This document shows, piece by piece, positions 48,797-59,109 of a DNA stretch of 64,000 nucleotides (its first letter is position 1; every line of letters begins with the position of its first letter). The translations under genes were made by a program, and so were the position numbers. The DNA lies in contig CAWHXD010000008.1 in assembly GCA_963833225.1 (NCBI GenBank), positions 448,001 through 512,000 of the forward strand, given 5' to 3'. Source of the DNA: an uncultured Chloroflexia bacterium (GTDB lineage Bacteria; Chloroflexota; Limnocylindria; Limnocylindrales; CSP1-4). Under the pieces are notes generated by a model. The model did not search any database. It saw only the letters and a program-made list of their open reading frames with translations, and was not told the DNA's origin.

Positions 48797-50725
48797 TCAT
48801 CCGGCGACCACCGGGGACCGGGCCAGGAGCCGTGTCTGGTCGCGGCGCTTGTCCAGGGACCGGCGCTGCTCGTTGAGCAGGCGGCGCTCGTTGAGCAGCC
48901 GCTCCACCGTGGCGGTGTCACCGTCGCGCTCGGCTTCGGCCGTCGCGTCGCGGTTGAACCCGGCTCGATCCTGCCAGTCAACGTCGTCGAGCTCGAGCGC
49001 GAGCCGCTCGATCTCGTAGGCGAGGGACCGGTCCGACAGGTCCCGGGGGTTGGGTCCGGGTCGCGAGACCAGCGCCTGGCCCAGGGCACGGCTCTCCTCG
49101 TCGAGGCCCTCGAGGATCGCCGCCAGCGCAAACGGGGGCCGGACTCCGTGGTCATCCCGGGTGCGGGCCTTGACCACGGCCCGGAACAGCTCGCGGGCCA
49201 CCTGGCTGGGCATCCGGTCAGGCCCCAGCTCGTCGAGCAAGCGGTCATGGGCCTCGGGAACCAGCAGCACGAGGCGCAGCAGCTCCTGCTCGGTCCGTGA
49301 GACGCCGCGCAGGATGTCGTTGACCGGCAACGAGTCCGCCGCCGCGATCACGGCGTTCGCGGTGAACCGGGTGTCCGAGCGGCGGCCGCTGCCCTCGCGC
49401 AGCGCCACGAGGAGGGCGCCGGGGCCGATCCCGGAGAGCTGGGCGATCTGCTGGAGGTACGGGTCCCGCATCAACGGCGGGAGGGTCCGCACCACCTCGA
49501 TCGCCGCCTCGGCGAACCGTGCCTTGCCGCCGGCCGCCTTGAGGTCGTTGGCGCGCGCGTGAACATCGATCAGGTGGTCCACGATCGGGCGCGCCGTCCG
49601 GACGTCCTCCCGCCAGCGGTCGGGCTCGTCCCGCAGGACCTCGTCCGGGTCCCGGCCCTCCGGCAGGCGGACCACCCGCACGTCGTCCAGCTCCACGCCG
49701 GAGTCGCTCGACGCCAGCTGGCGGATCAGCTCCTCGAGCGCCGTCGCCCCGAATGTGCCCGCCTTCTCGCCGGCCGCATCGACGTCGTAGGCGAGGGCGA
49801 TGCGCTTGGCGTACCGGGTGATGAGCGCGACCTGCCCGGGCGTGAGCGCCGTCCCGAGGCTGGCCACGACGTTCTCGAAGCCCGCCTGGTGAGCCATCAG
49901 CGCGTCCGTGTAGCCCTCGACGATCACCGCCTGGCCGGTCTTGCGGATGGCCGTCTTCGCGCGGTCGATGAGGTACAGCGTGCGGCTCTTGTCGAACAGC
50001 GGCGTGGCTGGCGAGTTGAGGTACTTGGGGCCGTGATCCCTGCCGTCATCCCCCGTGCCCTCCTTGCCCAGGATCCGCCCACCCAGGCCGACGGGGTGCC
50101 CGTTGGCATCCCGGATGGGGAAGATCACCCGCTCCCGAAACCGGTCGTAGGCGCCACCGCCACGCTGGCGCGAGCTCGCGAGCCCAACCTCCAGCAGGTC
50201 GGCCGCGCTCACCTGGCGCTTGCTGGCGAGCTGCCGGACCAGCTGGTCCCAGCCGCCGGGCGCCCAGCCCAGCTGGTGCTTCTCGATGGTCTCGTCGGTG
50301 AAGCCACGCCCCTTGAGGTACGCGAGGGCAGGTTCGCCGGTCTTCGACTTGACCAGGACCGCGTGGTAGAAGGCGATCGCAGACTCGAGCACGGTGCGCA
50401 GCCGCGCGTTGCGCGCGTCCTCGGCCTTGGTCCGCTCGTCCAGCTCCACGCCCGCCCGCGCCGCGAGCGTCTTGAGCGCCTCCGGGAACCCGACCGAATC
50501 CCGCTCCATCACGAACGTGAAGATGTCGCCGTGCTTGCCGCACCCGAAGCAATGCCACGTGTCGCGCGCCGGGGTCACGACGAACGATGGGGTCTTCTCG
50601 CCGTGGAACGGGCACAGGCCCTTGAGGGTGGTGCCCGCCTTCTTCAGCTGGACCGCCTCCCCCACGACGTCCGCGACGGGCAGGCGACCCTTGATCTCGG
50701 CGACGGTGCCGACGGCCAACCGCAA
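48797..50725 (-). CDS. dnaG: DNA primase
   Basis: CPFH...CFGC zinc finger, DRFRERVIFPI, KYLNSP, VEGYTD, YDVD; directly upstream of rpoD. Confidence 0.97.
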   Translation of the reverse strand: MRLAVGTVAEIKGRLPVADVVGEAVQLKKAGTTLKGLCPFHGEKTPSFVVTPARDTWHCFGCGKHGDIFTFVMERDSVGFPEALKTLAARAGVELDERTKAEDARNARLRTVLESAIAFYHAVLVKSKTGEPALAYLKGRGFTDETIEKHQLGWAPGGWDQLVRQLASKRQVSAADLLEVGLASSRQRGGGAYDRFRERVIFPIRDANGHPVGLGGRILGKEGTGDDGRDHGPKYLNSPATPLFDKSRTLYLIDRAKTAIRKTGQAVIVEGYTDALMAHQAGFENVVASLGTALTPGQVALITRYAKRIALAYDVDAAGEKAGTFGATALEELIRQLASSDSGVELDDVRVVRLPEGRDPDEVLRDEPDRWREDVRTARPIVDHLIDVHARANDLKAAGGKARFAEAAIEVVRTLPPLMRDPYLQQIAQLSGIGPGALLVALREGSGRRSDTRFTANAVIAAADSLPVNDILRGVSRTEQELLRLVLLVPEAHDRLLDELGPDRMPSQVARELFRAVVKARTRDDHGVRPPFALAAILEGLDEESRALGQALVSRPGPNPRDLSDRSLAYEIERLALELDDVDWQDRAGFNRDATAEAERDGDTATVERLLNERRLLNEQRRSLDKRRDQTRLLARSPVVAG

Positions 50726-50772
50726 CTCCTCCCCAGGGTCCCTGGTTCGATTCCGGCGGAAATGAGTGCGGA

Positions 50773-50849
50773 CCTGTCAAGTCTTGACAGGCCTCGCCGC
50801 GGCCGAGGGTACCCCCGGTCCGGGGGCTTGACAAGGCAGGGCTGTCAAG
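50773..50849. promoter_or_regulatory. Array of four back-to-back inverted repeats upstream of dnaG
   Basis: CCTGTCAAG-T-CTTGACAGG; CCTCG-N7-CGAGG; CCCCCGG-T-CCGGGGG; CTTGACA-N9-TGTCAAG. Confidence 0.6.
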
Positions 50850-51090
50850 GCCCGGGAGGTCGCCCGAGGCCGATGGCGGCTATGAAATCCCGATTCACTG
50901 CGTCCGAAAAGGCATCCCCTTAAGATCTGGGAACTGCCGGGCCCAGCCGAGCCCGGTGACCTCGTGCCCAACCACCCATGCGACAATCCGTCCGAGCCGC
51001 GTGCAATCGGATGGTCTCTGACAACCCAACTGTCCAGTTCGACCGACCTTTTGTGTCGATCGTCGCGGTGCAGGAACGCAGGGGTGGCTG

Positions 51091-51392
51091 ATGGCTGAAC
51101 AGTGGTTCGCCGGGCAGGGTTGGTCGGCGGCCAGTGCTGCCCTGCTGATATTCGCCTTGTCAGGTGCGATCCTCGTGTGGCTCCGCGCTTCGGGCTCGCG
51201 CCAGTTCGATCCGCCGGTCAACCGCGAGACTGTCCGGTGGGCGGCGATCGGGTTCGCAGCAATGGGGACGGCCTGGCTTGGGGGACGGCCTGGCTTGTCG
51301 GCGCAGTGGCGGGACTCGGTGGAGTCGTCGTCGGGACCGTCGCACTCGTCGTGATCTTCGGCCGTTCGTTGAGGGCACGCGCTCGATTGTAG
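51091..51392 (+). pseudogene. Small 3-TM protein gene broken by a perfect 17-bp tandem duplication
   Basis: GGGGACGGCCTGGCTTG at 51264-51280 and again at 51281-51297. Removing one copy gives a clean 94-aa ORF ending TAG at 51392. Confidence 0.7.
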
Positions 51393-51411
51393 CGGGCTAT
51401 ATCCCCACCTT

Positions 51412-52087
51412 GTCCGCGCGTCCTGCCGGCCTATCGCGTCGCGAGACCGGCAGCAAGCGTTGCCAGATTGTTGGTGGCCAGGAGACGCTGACGTTCGCCT
51501 CGCGTGGTTCGTCGAGCGGCTGGCCACGCACCAGCCGACACTCGGGCCCTTGCCCACGGAGTCTCGTCTGGGGCTTGAGCGCCGAAGAGGCGGGTTCAAG
51601 GCCCTCGACGGACGGCAATGCCCCAGATGATCGCACCCACGGTCATTCCCACGGCCCAGATCACGAAGCCGACCCCGACGAACACGAGAACCGTCAGCAA
51701 CCGTAGATGGTGCCCATCCTCCCTGACGGTCGCGATCACCATCGTCCACAGGATCGGGAAGAGGATCCCCCAGAGGAGCAGACCCCACGTTGCCGGGCGC
51801 CAGCGTCTCGCCTCCGAGACGACCGGGCGCAGGCGTTGCCCCCCTTCCGGCAGGGAGGGTGGTGACGCGGGCCATTGTCCCAGGTGCTGAGGGCCAGGCC
51901 GACCGGGTTCGTCCATCGCCGACAGTCTATTGCCGCTCGGTGCGCGCTGCCTCCGTCATCCGGTTCGCAGCAACGAGCTCGGCAAGCGGTGGCGTTCCGG
52001 TGGTGCGTGAGTGGTGCGTCTTCACCAACAGCTACCAACAGCTGCTGCCGGTCCTGTCGCGTCGGGAGACCCGCGGGGCGTGTTGAC
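51412..52087. mobile_element. Putative non-autonomous mini-element with attL/attR-like ends
   Basis: Direct ~30-bp cores at 51423-51453 and 52045-52076, with inward-facing inverted ACCAACA-type arms. No recombinase gene is present. Confidence 0.4.
51596..51916 (-). CDS. Small membrane protein (cargo of the putative mini-element)
   Basis: Two long hydrophobic helices (WGLLLWGILFPILW; LLTVLVFVGVGFVIW). Start codon uncertain. Confidence 0.55.
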   Translation of the reverse strand: MDEPGRPGPQHLGQWPASPPSLPEGGQRLRPVVSEARRWRPATWGLLLWGILFPILWTMVIATVREDGHHLRLLTVLVFVGVGFVIWAVGMTVGAIIWGIAVRRGP

Positions 52088-52224
52088 TGCGTTCGGATAG
52101 AGAAGACGGGTCGCGGCGCGTTGCGGGTTGGCCCGCACCCCCGTGTCGGGGGAAGGTCGCCCTTGCCAGCAACACGGTGTCCGCTCGATGCTTGATCGGC
52201 GGTGTCGGCAACGAGGGGCAACGG

Positions 52225-53181
52225 ATGTCCAGACCAGGACTCGCCATAGTGGCACTCGTGGTCGTCGTGGCGCTCAGCGGGTGCCTCCCGTCATCAGTGC
52301 ACCGGGCGGTCACCGCCAGCACCTCAGCGGCTCCCACTCCGACGCCGCGTGCTGACCTCTGCTCGCAACTGGCGCAGGCGTTCGCGGAGCGCGACGCCCT
52401 CGGCGACGCGTTCCGGCTCGTCATTGCCGGCAAGGTCGAGGAGGCGATCGCCGCGGCCGGACTGATCCGGCAGCGGCTCGACGCGCTCCTTGCGGATCTG
52501 CCCGACGAACGCACGCCCGCGGAGCCCCAGCGGAGCCTCCGCGGCGTGGTGGAGGCGAGCGCGCACCTCGTCCAGGGGACCGCGGAGATCATCGACGACC
52601 CGCGTCGGCCAGTCCCTGATGCGCAGCTGATGCTCGTCGAGGGCCAGACCCTGCTCGGAGTGATCGACGCCGCCTTCTCGATGAGCGAACCGGGCGACAC
52701 GGTGAGCCAGGCCTGCCCGGGACTCGCCTTCACGGCCCAGCCGGTGAGCTTCCCACCGCGGCCATCGCCGGCTGACCTCGGGCTTCCCGATCGAGTCGGC
52801 CGCATCTTCTTCGAGCCGCACCTGGGGCGGATCAGCAACCCTGACATGGTCGAGATCCTCGAGCGCCTCGGCGCCCGCCCGGACCTCGGGCGCGAGATCG
52901 ACGTCGATGCGGCATTCGTCGAGGGCGGTCACCTCCAGATCGAGGTGTATGACGGGGTGACGGTCAACCCGGTCGACTTCGCCGTTGCGATTGCGGGAAT
53001 CCTGGCAACTGCAGGCGTCAAACCAACCGAACGGCTGGTCGCCGGGTTCTCCGTCACGGCCTTCGTCGATCGGGACGATTCGGACCTGTCGCTGCATGTG
53101 GCGTCGCGCGGCGACCGTCTCCTCGTCTTCGGCGGTTTCTCCGACACCGATGTCGAGGCGATCCTCGCGGCGATGCCCTGA
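52225..53181 (+). CDS. Hypothetical lipoprotein
   Basis: Signal peptide with lipobox LSGC. GAGGGG RBS. Confidence 0.75.
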   Translation: MSRPGLAIVALVVVVALSGCLPSSVHRAVTASTSAAPTPTPRADLCSQLAQAFAERDALGDAFRLVIAGKVEEAIAAAGLIRQRLDALLADLPDERTPAEPQRSLRGVVEASAHLVQGTAEIIDDPRRPVPDAQLMLVEGQTLLGVIDAAFSMSEPGDTVSQACPGLAFTAQPVSFPPRPSPADLGLPDRVGRIFFEPHLGRISNPDMVEILERLGARPDLGREIDVDAAFVEGGHLQIEVYDGVTVNPVDFAVAIAGILATAGVKPTERLVAGFSVTAFVDRDDSDLSLHVASRGDRLLVFGGFSDTDVEAILAAMP

Positions 53182-53265
53182 CCGCGACATCGCGAGCCCC
53201 CCGACCGGGATCCAGAACCTGATCGGTCTGACCGGTCCCCCTGCTGATGACGATCGGCACCTACA

Positions 53266-53303
53266 CATCTCACTGATGGCTGAGATGCTCAGCGCGTGCT
53301 GAG
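53266..53303. promoter_or_regulatory. Tandem inverted repeats upstream of the TDT transporter (candidate operator)
   Basis: CATCTCA-N8-TGAGATG immediately followed by CTCAGC-N4-GCTGAG. Confidence 0.45.
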
Positions 53304-53348
53304 ACATGGCCGACCGCCCACCTTGCGACATCGAAAGGGACGCCACAC

Positions 53349-54458
53349 GTGACCACCCTCGCCCCCGCCAGGGACACCGCGAGCGTCCCGCTCGCTCGGC
53401 TCCGCGGCTTTCATCCCGGCTGGTACGGCGCGGTCATGGGCACCGCGATCATCGGCATCATCGCCTACCAGAACCCTGGCAACGTCGCCTCGCTCGCCGA
53501 CGCCGCCCGGGCGATCGGCGTCCTGATGGTGGGTCTCGCGGCGGTGCTCGCGATCGCGCTCGGCATCCCGTACGTGCTGCGCTGGCTCCGACACCCGGCC
53601 GAGGCTCGGGCGGACCTCAGAAACCCCGTCGCCGGGGCGCTGTACGGGACGTTCCCCGGCGGGCTCCTCGTCCTCGCGATCGGCATCGCCACGATCGGGC
53701 CGTCCGTCGCCGACGAGGGCGTCGTCGCGGCGGTCGTGGCCCTCCTCGCGATCGTCGGGATTGCCCTCGCCTTCATCCTCAGCGTCGCCTTCGCCGCCCT
53801 GCTGTTCGTGAGCCGCGGCGTCGAGGCCCAGACCGTGAACGGGGCGTGGTTCATCCCGCCGGTCGTGAACATCATCGTGCCGGTCGTGCTCGTGTCACTC
53901 GCGCCGCACGTCGCGGCCGCGGACCTCCCGGGCTTGCTCGTCGCCGGCTACGCGTTCTGGGGCATGGGATTCATGCTGTTCGTGCTCGTCGCATCCCTGC
54001 TCTACGATCGGCTCGTGTTCCACCCGCTGCCCGGCGCGCCGTTGGCGCCATCCCTGTGGATCGGGCTCGGTCCGGTCGGTGTCGGGAGCCTGGCCCTGGT
54101 TCGCCTTGCATCCGCGGGTGCTCCGACCTGGGGTGACGCGTCGGCCGTCGTCTCGGTGGTCTCCGCGATCGGGGCGACGGCGCTGTGGGGATTCGGGATC
54201 TGGTGGCTCGCCGCGGCGATCGTCCTGCTCGCCGCGTACCTGCGCCAGGCTCCCCTCCCCTACGGGCTCGGCTGGTGGGGGTTCACCTTCCCGCTCGGGG
54301 CCTTCACGGCAGCCACCCTCGCGCTGGCCCGTACCTGGCACGCCGGGTCGCTCGAAGCCCTCGCCGTGGTCCTGTTCGCCACCCTCGTCGGGTTCTGGGT
54401 GGTGGTGGCCGCAAGGTCCCTGATCGCCTTGAGGACCGGCGAGGTCTGGAGGCGATAA
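53349..54458 (+). CDS. TDT/SLAC1-family anion (dicarboxylate/sulfite/tellurite) transporter
   Basis: PGWYGAVMGT, WFIPPV, WIGLGP, WWGFTFPLG; about 10 TM helices. Confidence 0.9.
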   Translation: MTTLAPARDTASVPLARLRGFHPGWYGAVMGTAIIGIIAYQNPGNVASLADAARAIGVLMVGLAAVLAIALGIPYVLRWLRHPAEARADLRNPVAGALYGTFPGGLLVLAIGIATIGPSVADEGVVAAVVALLAIVGIALAFILSVAFAALLFVSRGVEAQTVNGAWFIPPVVNIIVPVVLVSLAPHVAAADLPGLLVAGYAFWGMGFMLFVLVASLLYDRLVFHPLPGAPLAPSLWIGLGPVGVGSLALVRLASAGAPTWGDASAVVSVVSAIGATALWGFGIWWLAAAIVLLAAYLRQAPLPYGLGWWGFTFPLGAFTAATLALARTWHAGSLEALAVVLFATLVGFWVVVAARSLIALRTGEVWRR

Positions 54459-54507
54459 CAGACACCCCGCGCTTGCGCCCGCGCCTGACGCGGGTGCACC
54501 CTCGCGG

Positions 54508-56811
54508 GTGATGGGCCACCCCGACGCCGTCCAGCCCGATCTCGATGCGATCCGAGCGATCGTTGCCGCGGCACGCCGGGAGGGCCGGTCCGCGCTCCTG
54601 GAGCCCGAGGGCCTTGCGCTCCTCGCGGCGGCCGGCCTCCCGGTCCCCCGGTGGCGGTTCCTTCGCATGGCCGCTGATCTCGACGGGCGAACGCTCGCCG
54701 ACCTGCCGGGCGACCGGGTGGTCGTGAAGCTCGTGGCGCGCGACCTCTCGCACAAGACCGAGATCGGCGGCGTGATGGTCGTGCCCCGGCGGCGATCCGC
54801 GGTCGCGAGCGCCATGGAGGACATGGGGGCGCGCTGGCGCGGGGGCGCGCAGCCGCCTGTCGAGGCGTCGGGCTCCCGGCCGGACGGCTACCTCATCGTC
54901 GAGCACGTGGCCCACGACGATGCCCTCGGCGGCGAGTTGCTCGTGTCGCTCCGCTGGACCGACGACTTCGGGCCGATCGTGAGCGTCGGCGCGGGCGGCA
55001 TCCACACCGAGGCCCTTGCCCGGGACCTCCGGCCGGGACGGGAGATCGCCATCGTCTCGCCCGCGCTCACGGCGCGCGACGAGATCGGGACGATCCTCCA
55101 GGCCGCGACCGCGGTCCGCCTCGCGACGACGTCCCAGCGCGGCCAGCCCGCCCGCCTGGCGCTCGACCACCTCGTGGGGCTCGTCCGGGTGCTGCTCGAG
55201 GTTGGCGCTGCGCTCCTCCCCGCGGACCTCCTGGAGCTGGAGGTCAACCCCGTCGCCGTGACGGCGGGCGGGCTCGTGGCGCTGGACGTCCTCGTGCAGC
55301 TCGGCACGGGACCCGCGCAGGCGCCGGCACCGCGGCCGATCCACAAGATCGCCCGGCTCCTCGCACCCCGCTCGATCGCGATCGTGGGTGTCTCGGGCGG
55401 GGCCAATCCCGGCCGGGTGATCCTTGGCAACCTGCTGCGCGAGGGGTATCCGCGCGACCAGATCACCGTGCTCAAACCGGGTCGCGACGAGCTCGACGGC
55501 GTGCGCTGCGTGCCCGACCTGCCGGCCCTCGCAGCCGTGGCCGGGAAGGTGGACCTGCTGGTCGTCGCGCTGTCCGCCGCGCAGGCCCCGGACCTCGTCG
55601 CGGCCTGTGTCGAGGGGGACCACGCGGAGAGCCTGATCGTGATCCCCGCCGGGTTCGAGGAGAAGGAGGGCGGCGACGAACGGGCATCGCGCATGCGCGC
55701 GGCGGTGGCCGAGGCGAGGCGGAGCCAGAACGGCGGTCCACTGATCAACGGCGGCAACTGCCTGGGCATCCGATCGCGACCGGGGCGCTACGACACGCTG
55801 TTCATCCCGGCCTGGAAGCTGCCGACCGGCGGCGCCCCGGCGCCGATCGCCCTCGTCACCGGCAGCGGCGCGTTCGCGGTCACCCGCCTGTCCCGGCTCG
55901 GCCACCTGGATCCGCGGTACGTGATCACGGTGGGCAACCAGATGGACCTGACCGTGGGCGACTACCTCGCGCATTTCGTGGACGATCCCGTCACCCGGGT
56001 GATCGGCGTCTACGTGGAGGGGTTCGGCCCGCTCGACGGTGCCCGGTTCCTCGCCGCGGCGGCCGAGATCACGGCCCAGGGCCGGGCCGTCGTCCTGTAT
56101 CGCGCCGGGCGAACGTCGGCCGGAGCCCGGGCGTCGGCCAGCCACACGGCGTCGATCGCGGGCGACGCCGTCGTGACGCGTGAGCTTGCGGCCCAGGCCG
56201 GCGTCGCGTGGGCGGACACGCCGGCCACGTTCGATGACCTCGTCCGCGCCTTCACCCTGCTCGACGGGCGGCGTCCCGCCGGCCGGCGCCTGGGGGCGCT
56301 CACCAATGCGGGCTCGGAGTGCGTGACCATCGCGGACCACTTGGGGTGGCTGACCCTGGCACCCTTCGCGCCCCCGACGGAGGAGCGCCTCGCGGCCGTG
56401 CTCGGGGCGGCCGGCATCACCTCGGTCGTCGACGTCCACAACCCGATCGACCTGACCCCGATCGCGGGCGCCGAGGTCTACGAGGCGGTGGCCCGGATCG
56501 TCCTCGATGCGGACGAGGTGGACCTCGGCCTGGTCGGGATCGTCCCGGTGACGGACACGCTCGACGCGCTCCCGCCGGGTCCCGGGCACGGCGAGGACCT
56601 GGCGCGTCCGGGGGCGATCGCCGATCGCCTGGTGGCCACCTGGCGGGCGACCACCAAGCCGTGGGTGCTGGTGGCGGATGTCGGGCCGCTCTACGACCCG
56701 TTCATCGAGCGGCTCGACGCGGCCGGTATCCCCACGTTCCGGACGGCGGACGTGGCGACGCGCGCGCTCGGCGCGTGGTGCGACGTGATGCTCGGGCGGC
56801 GGCGCCCCTGA
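54508..56811 (+). CDS. ADP-forming acyl-CoA synthetase family protein (ATP-grasp domain N-terminal)
   Basis: HKTEIGGV, LEVNP, PRSIAIVGVS, NCLGI, phospho-His ASHTASIAG, NPIDL. Confidence 0.88.
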   Translation: MMGHPDAVQPDLDAIRAIVAAARREGRSALLEPEGLALLAAAGLPVPRWRFLRMAADLDGRTLADLPGDRVVVKLVARDLSHKTEIGGVMVVPRRRSAVASAMEDMGARWRGGAQPPVEASGSRPDGYLIVEHVAHDDALGGELLVSLRWTDDFGPIVSVGAGGIHTEALARDLRPGREIAIVSPALTARDEIGTILQAATAVRLATTSQRGQPARLALDHLVGLVRVLLEVGAALLPADLLELEVNPVAVTAGGLVALDVLVQLGTGPAQAPAPRPIHKIARLLAPRSIAIVGVSGGANPGRVILGNLLREGYPRDQITVLKPGRDELDGVRCVPDLPALAAVAGKVDLLVVALSAAQAPDLVAACVEGDHAESLIVIPAGFEEKEGGDERASRMRAAVAEARRSQNGGPLINGGNCLGIRSRPGRYDTLFIPAWKLPTGGAPAPIALVTGSGAFAVTRLSRLGHLDPRYVITVGNQMDLTVGDYLAHFVDDPVTRVIGVYVEGFGPLDGARFLAAAAEITAQGRAVVLYRAGRTSAGARASASHTASIAGDAVVTRELAAQAGVAWADTPATFDDLVRAFTLLDGRRPAGRRLGALTNAGSECVTIADHLGWLTLAPFAPPTEERLAAVLGAAGITSVVDVHNPIDLTPIAGAEVYEAVARIVLDADEVDLGLVGIVPVTDTLDALPPGPGHGEDLARPGAIADRLVATWRATTKPWVLVADVGPLYDPFIERLDAAGIPTFRTADVATRALGAWCDVMLGRRRP

Positions 56812-56831
56812 CGGCCCCGACCCGGGCCCGG

Positions 56832-56860
56832 TTGACAGCCCGGAGCACCCACCATACGGT
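56832..56860 (+). promoter_or_regulatory. Sigma70-type promoter for the glgX-treY-treZ operon
   Basis: TTGACA-N17-TACGGT. Confidence 0.65.
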
Positions 56861-56992
56861 CAGCGTCGCCACATCACCGATCGACCGCGCCTCGGACACC
56901 AGGCGCCGTCAGACCCCAGAGGTCCCCCCGATCCCAGCCCTGCTCACCCAGCCGATCCGTCCCTGGCGCCGCATGCCCGCGAGGCTCACCAG

Positions 56993-59109
56993 ATGACCAC
57001 CGAACGCGTCGTCTGGGCCGGCCTCCCCTACCCGCTCGGAGCCACCTACGCGGGCTGGGGAACCAACTTCGCGCTGTTCTCCGAGGTCGCCGAGCGCGTG
57101 GAGCTGTGCCTGTTCGACGACGACGGCATCGAGACGCGGATCGAGATGCCCGAATCGACGGGATACGTCTGGCACGCCTACCTGCCGCGCGTCGGCGGCG
57201 GGCAACGCTACGGGTATCGGGTCCATGGCCCATGGGACCCGTCGAACGGGCTGCGCTGCAATCCGGCCAAGCTGCTGCTTGACCCGTACGCCAAGGCGAT
57301 CGAGGGAAGTGTCGCCTGGGATGAGGCCGTCTTCCCGTACCACTTCGATAATCCCGACGGGTCGCGCAACGACGCCGACAGCGCCCCGTTCGTCCCGCGC
57401 TCGGTCGTGGTCGATCCCGACTTCGACTGGGAGGGCGATCGTCCGCCCCACCACCCACCCAACCAGACGGTCATCTACGAGGTTCACGTCAAGGGCTTCA
57501 CGGCGCGCCACCCGGGGATCCCCGACGAGCTGCGCGGCACGTACGCGGGCCTCGCCCACCCGGTGTCCATCGAGTACCTCAAGCGCCTGGGCGTGACGGC
57601 GGTGGAGCTGATGCCCGTCCACCAGTTCATCCACGACTGCTCACCTCGCGGACCGCGGCCTGCGCAACTACTGGGGCTACAACTCGATCGGCTTCCTCGC
57701 CCCGCACAACGGCTACGCGGCGAACCCCCGCGGCGGGAGCCAGGTGGCCGAGTTCAAGGCGATGGCGCGGGCGCTCCACGCGGCCGACATCGAGGTCATC
57801 CTCGATGTCGTCTACAACCACACAGCCGAGGGCAACCACCTCGGACCGATGCTGTCGATGAAGGGCATCGACAATCCCGCCTACTACCGGCTGATGTCCG
57901 ACCGGCGCCACTACATGGACTACACGGGCACCGGGAACACGCTCAACGTGCGCCACCCGCACAGCCTCCAGCTGATCATGGACAGCCTGCGCTACTGGAT
58001 CCGCGAGATGCACGTTGACGGCTTCCGGTTCGACCTCGCGGCCGCCCTTGCCCGCGAGCTGCACGAGGTGGACCGCCTGTCGGCCTTCTTCGACCTCATC
58101 CAGCAGGATCCGACCGTCAACGAGGTGAAGCTCATCGCCGAGCCTTGGGACGTGGGCGAGGGTGGCTACCAGGTGGGCAACTTCCCGCCCCAGTGGGCCG
58201 AGTGGAACGGGCGCTACCGCGACACGATCCGCGACTTCTGGCGAGGCAGCCCGGAGCCGCTCGCCGATGTCGGCTACCGGCTCACGGGCTCGTCCGACCT
58301 CTATGCCTCGAACGGCCGGCGGCCGTACGCGAGCGTGAACTTCATCACGGCCCACGACGGGTTCACGCTGGCGGACCTCGTGGCCTACGAGCACAAGCAC
58401 AACGAGGCCAACGGCGAGGACAATCGCGACGGCGAGTCCTACAACCGGTCCTGGAACCACGGGACCGAGGGCCCGACCGAGGACGAGGCGATCATGGCGG
58501 CCCGGTTGCGGGACCAGCGGGGGCTGCTGGCCACGCTGTTCCTCTCGCAGGGCGTGCCGATGCTCCTCGGCGGGGACGAGATCGGCCGGACGCAGCGGGG
58601 CAACAACAACGGCTACGCGCAGGACAACGAGCTCTCGTGGTTCGACTGGGAGGCCGCCGACCAGGACCTGCTGGCGTTCACGCGCCGGCTGATCGCCTTC
58701 CGCCAGGCCCACCAGGCGTTCCGCCGCCGGCGGTGGTTCCAGGACCGCCCGATCCACGGCGAGGAGGCCCGGGAGATCGCCTGGTACGCGCCGGATGGGA
58801 CGGAGATGGGCCACGGGCACTGGAACGATCCGGTCGAAGCGGGGCTCGGGGTGTTCCTCTCGGGCGAAGGGCTGGTGGACGTCCACGGGCTGCCCGTGAG
58901 CGACGACTCGTTCTTCCTGGCGTTCAACACGGGCTGGGAGCCACGACGCTTCAAGGTCCCCACTGCCGAAACGGCCCGTTCGTGGCAGCCTGGTCCTGGA
59001 CACGGCGTCCGCGCGCCCGTTCCCCGATCGGGGCCGGCGGATCCGCGCCGGCGGCGCGGTGACCGTCGAGCCGCGGACCGTGGTCGTCCTCCGGGGGCTC
59101 CCGGCGTGA
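56993..59109 (+). CDS. glgX: Glycogen debranching enzyme, with single-base insertions at ~57638 and ~58990
   Basis: [52 protein letters not shown]. The corrected C-terminus WQLVLDT...VEPRTVVVL ends at TGA 59109. Confidence 0.93.
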
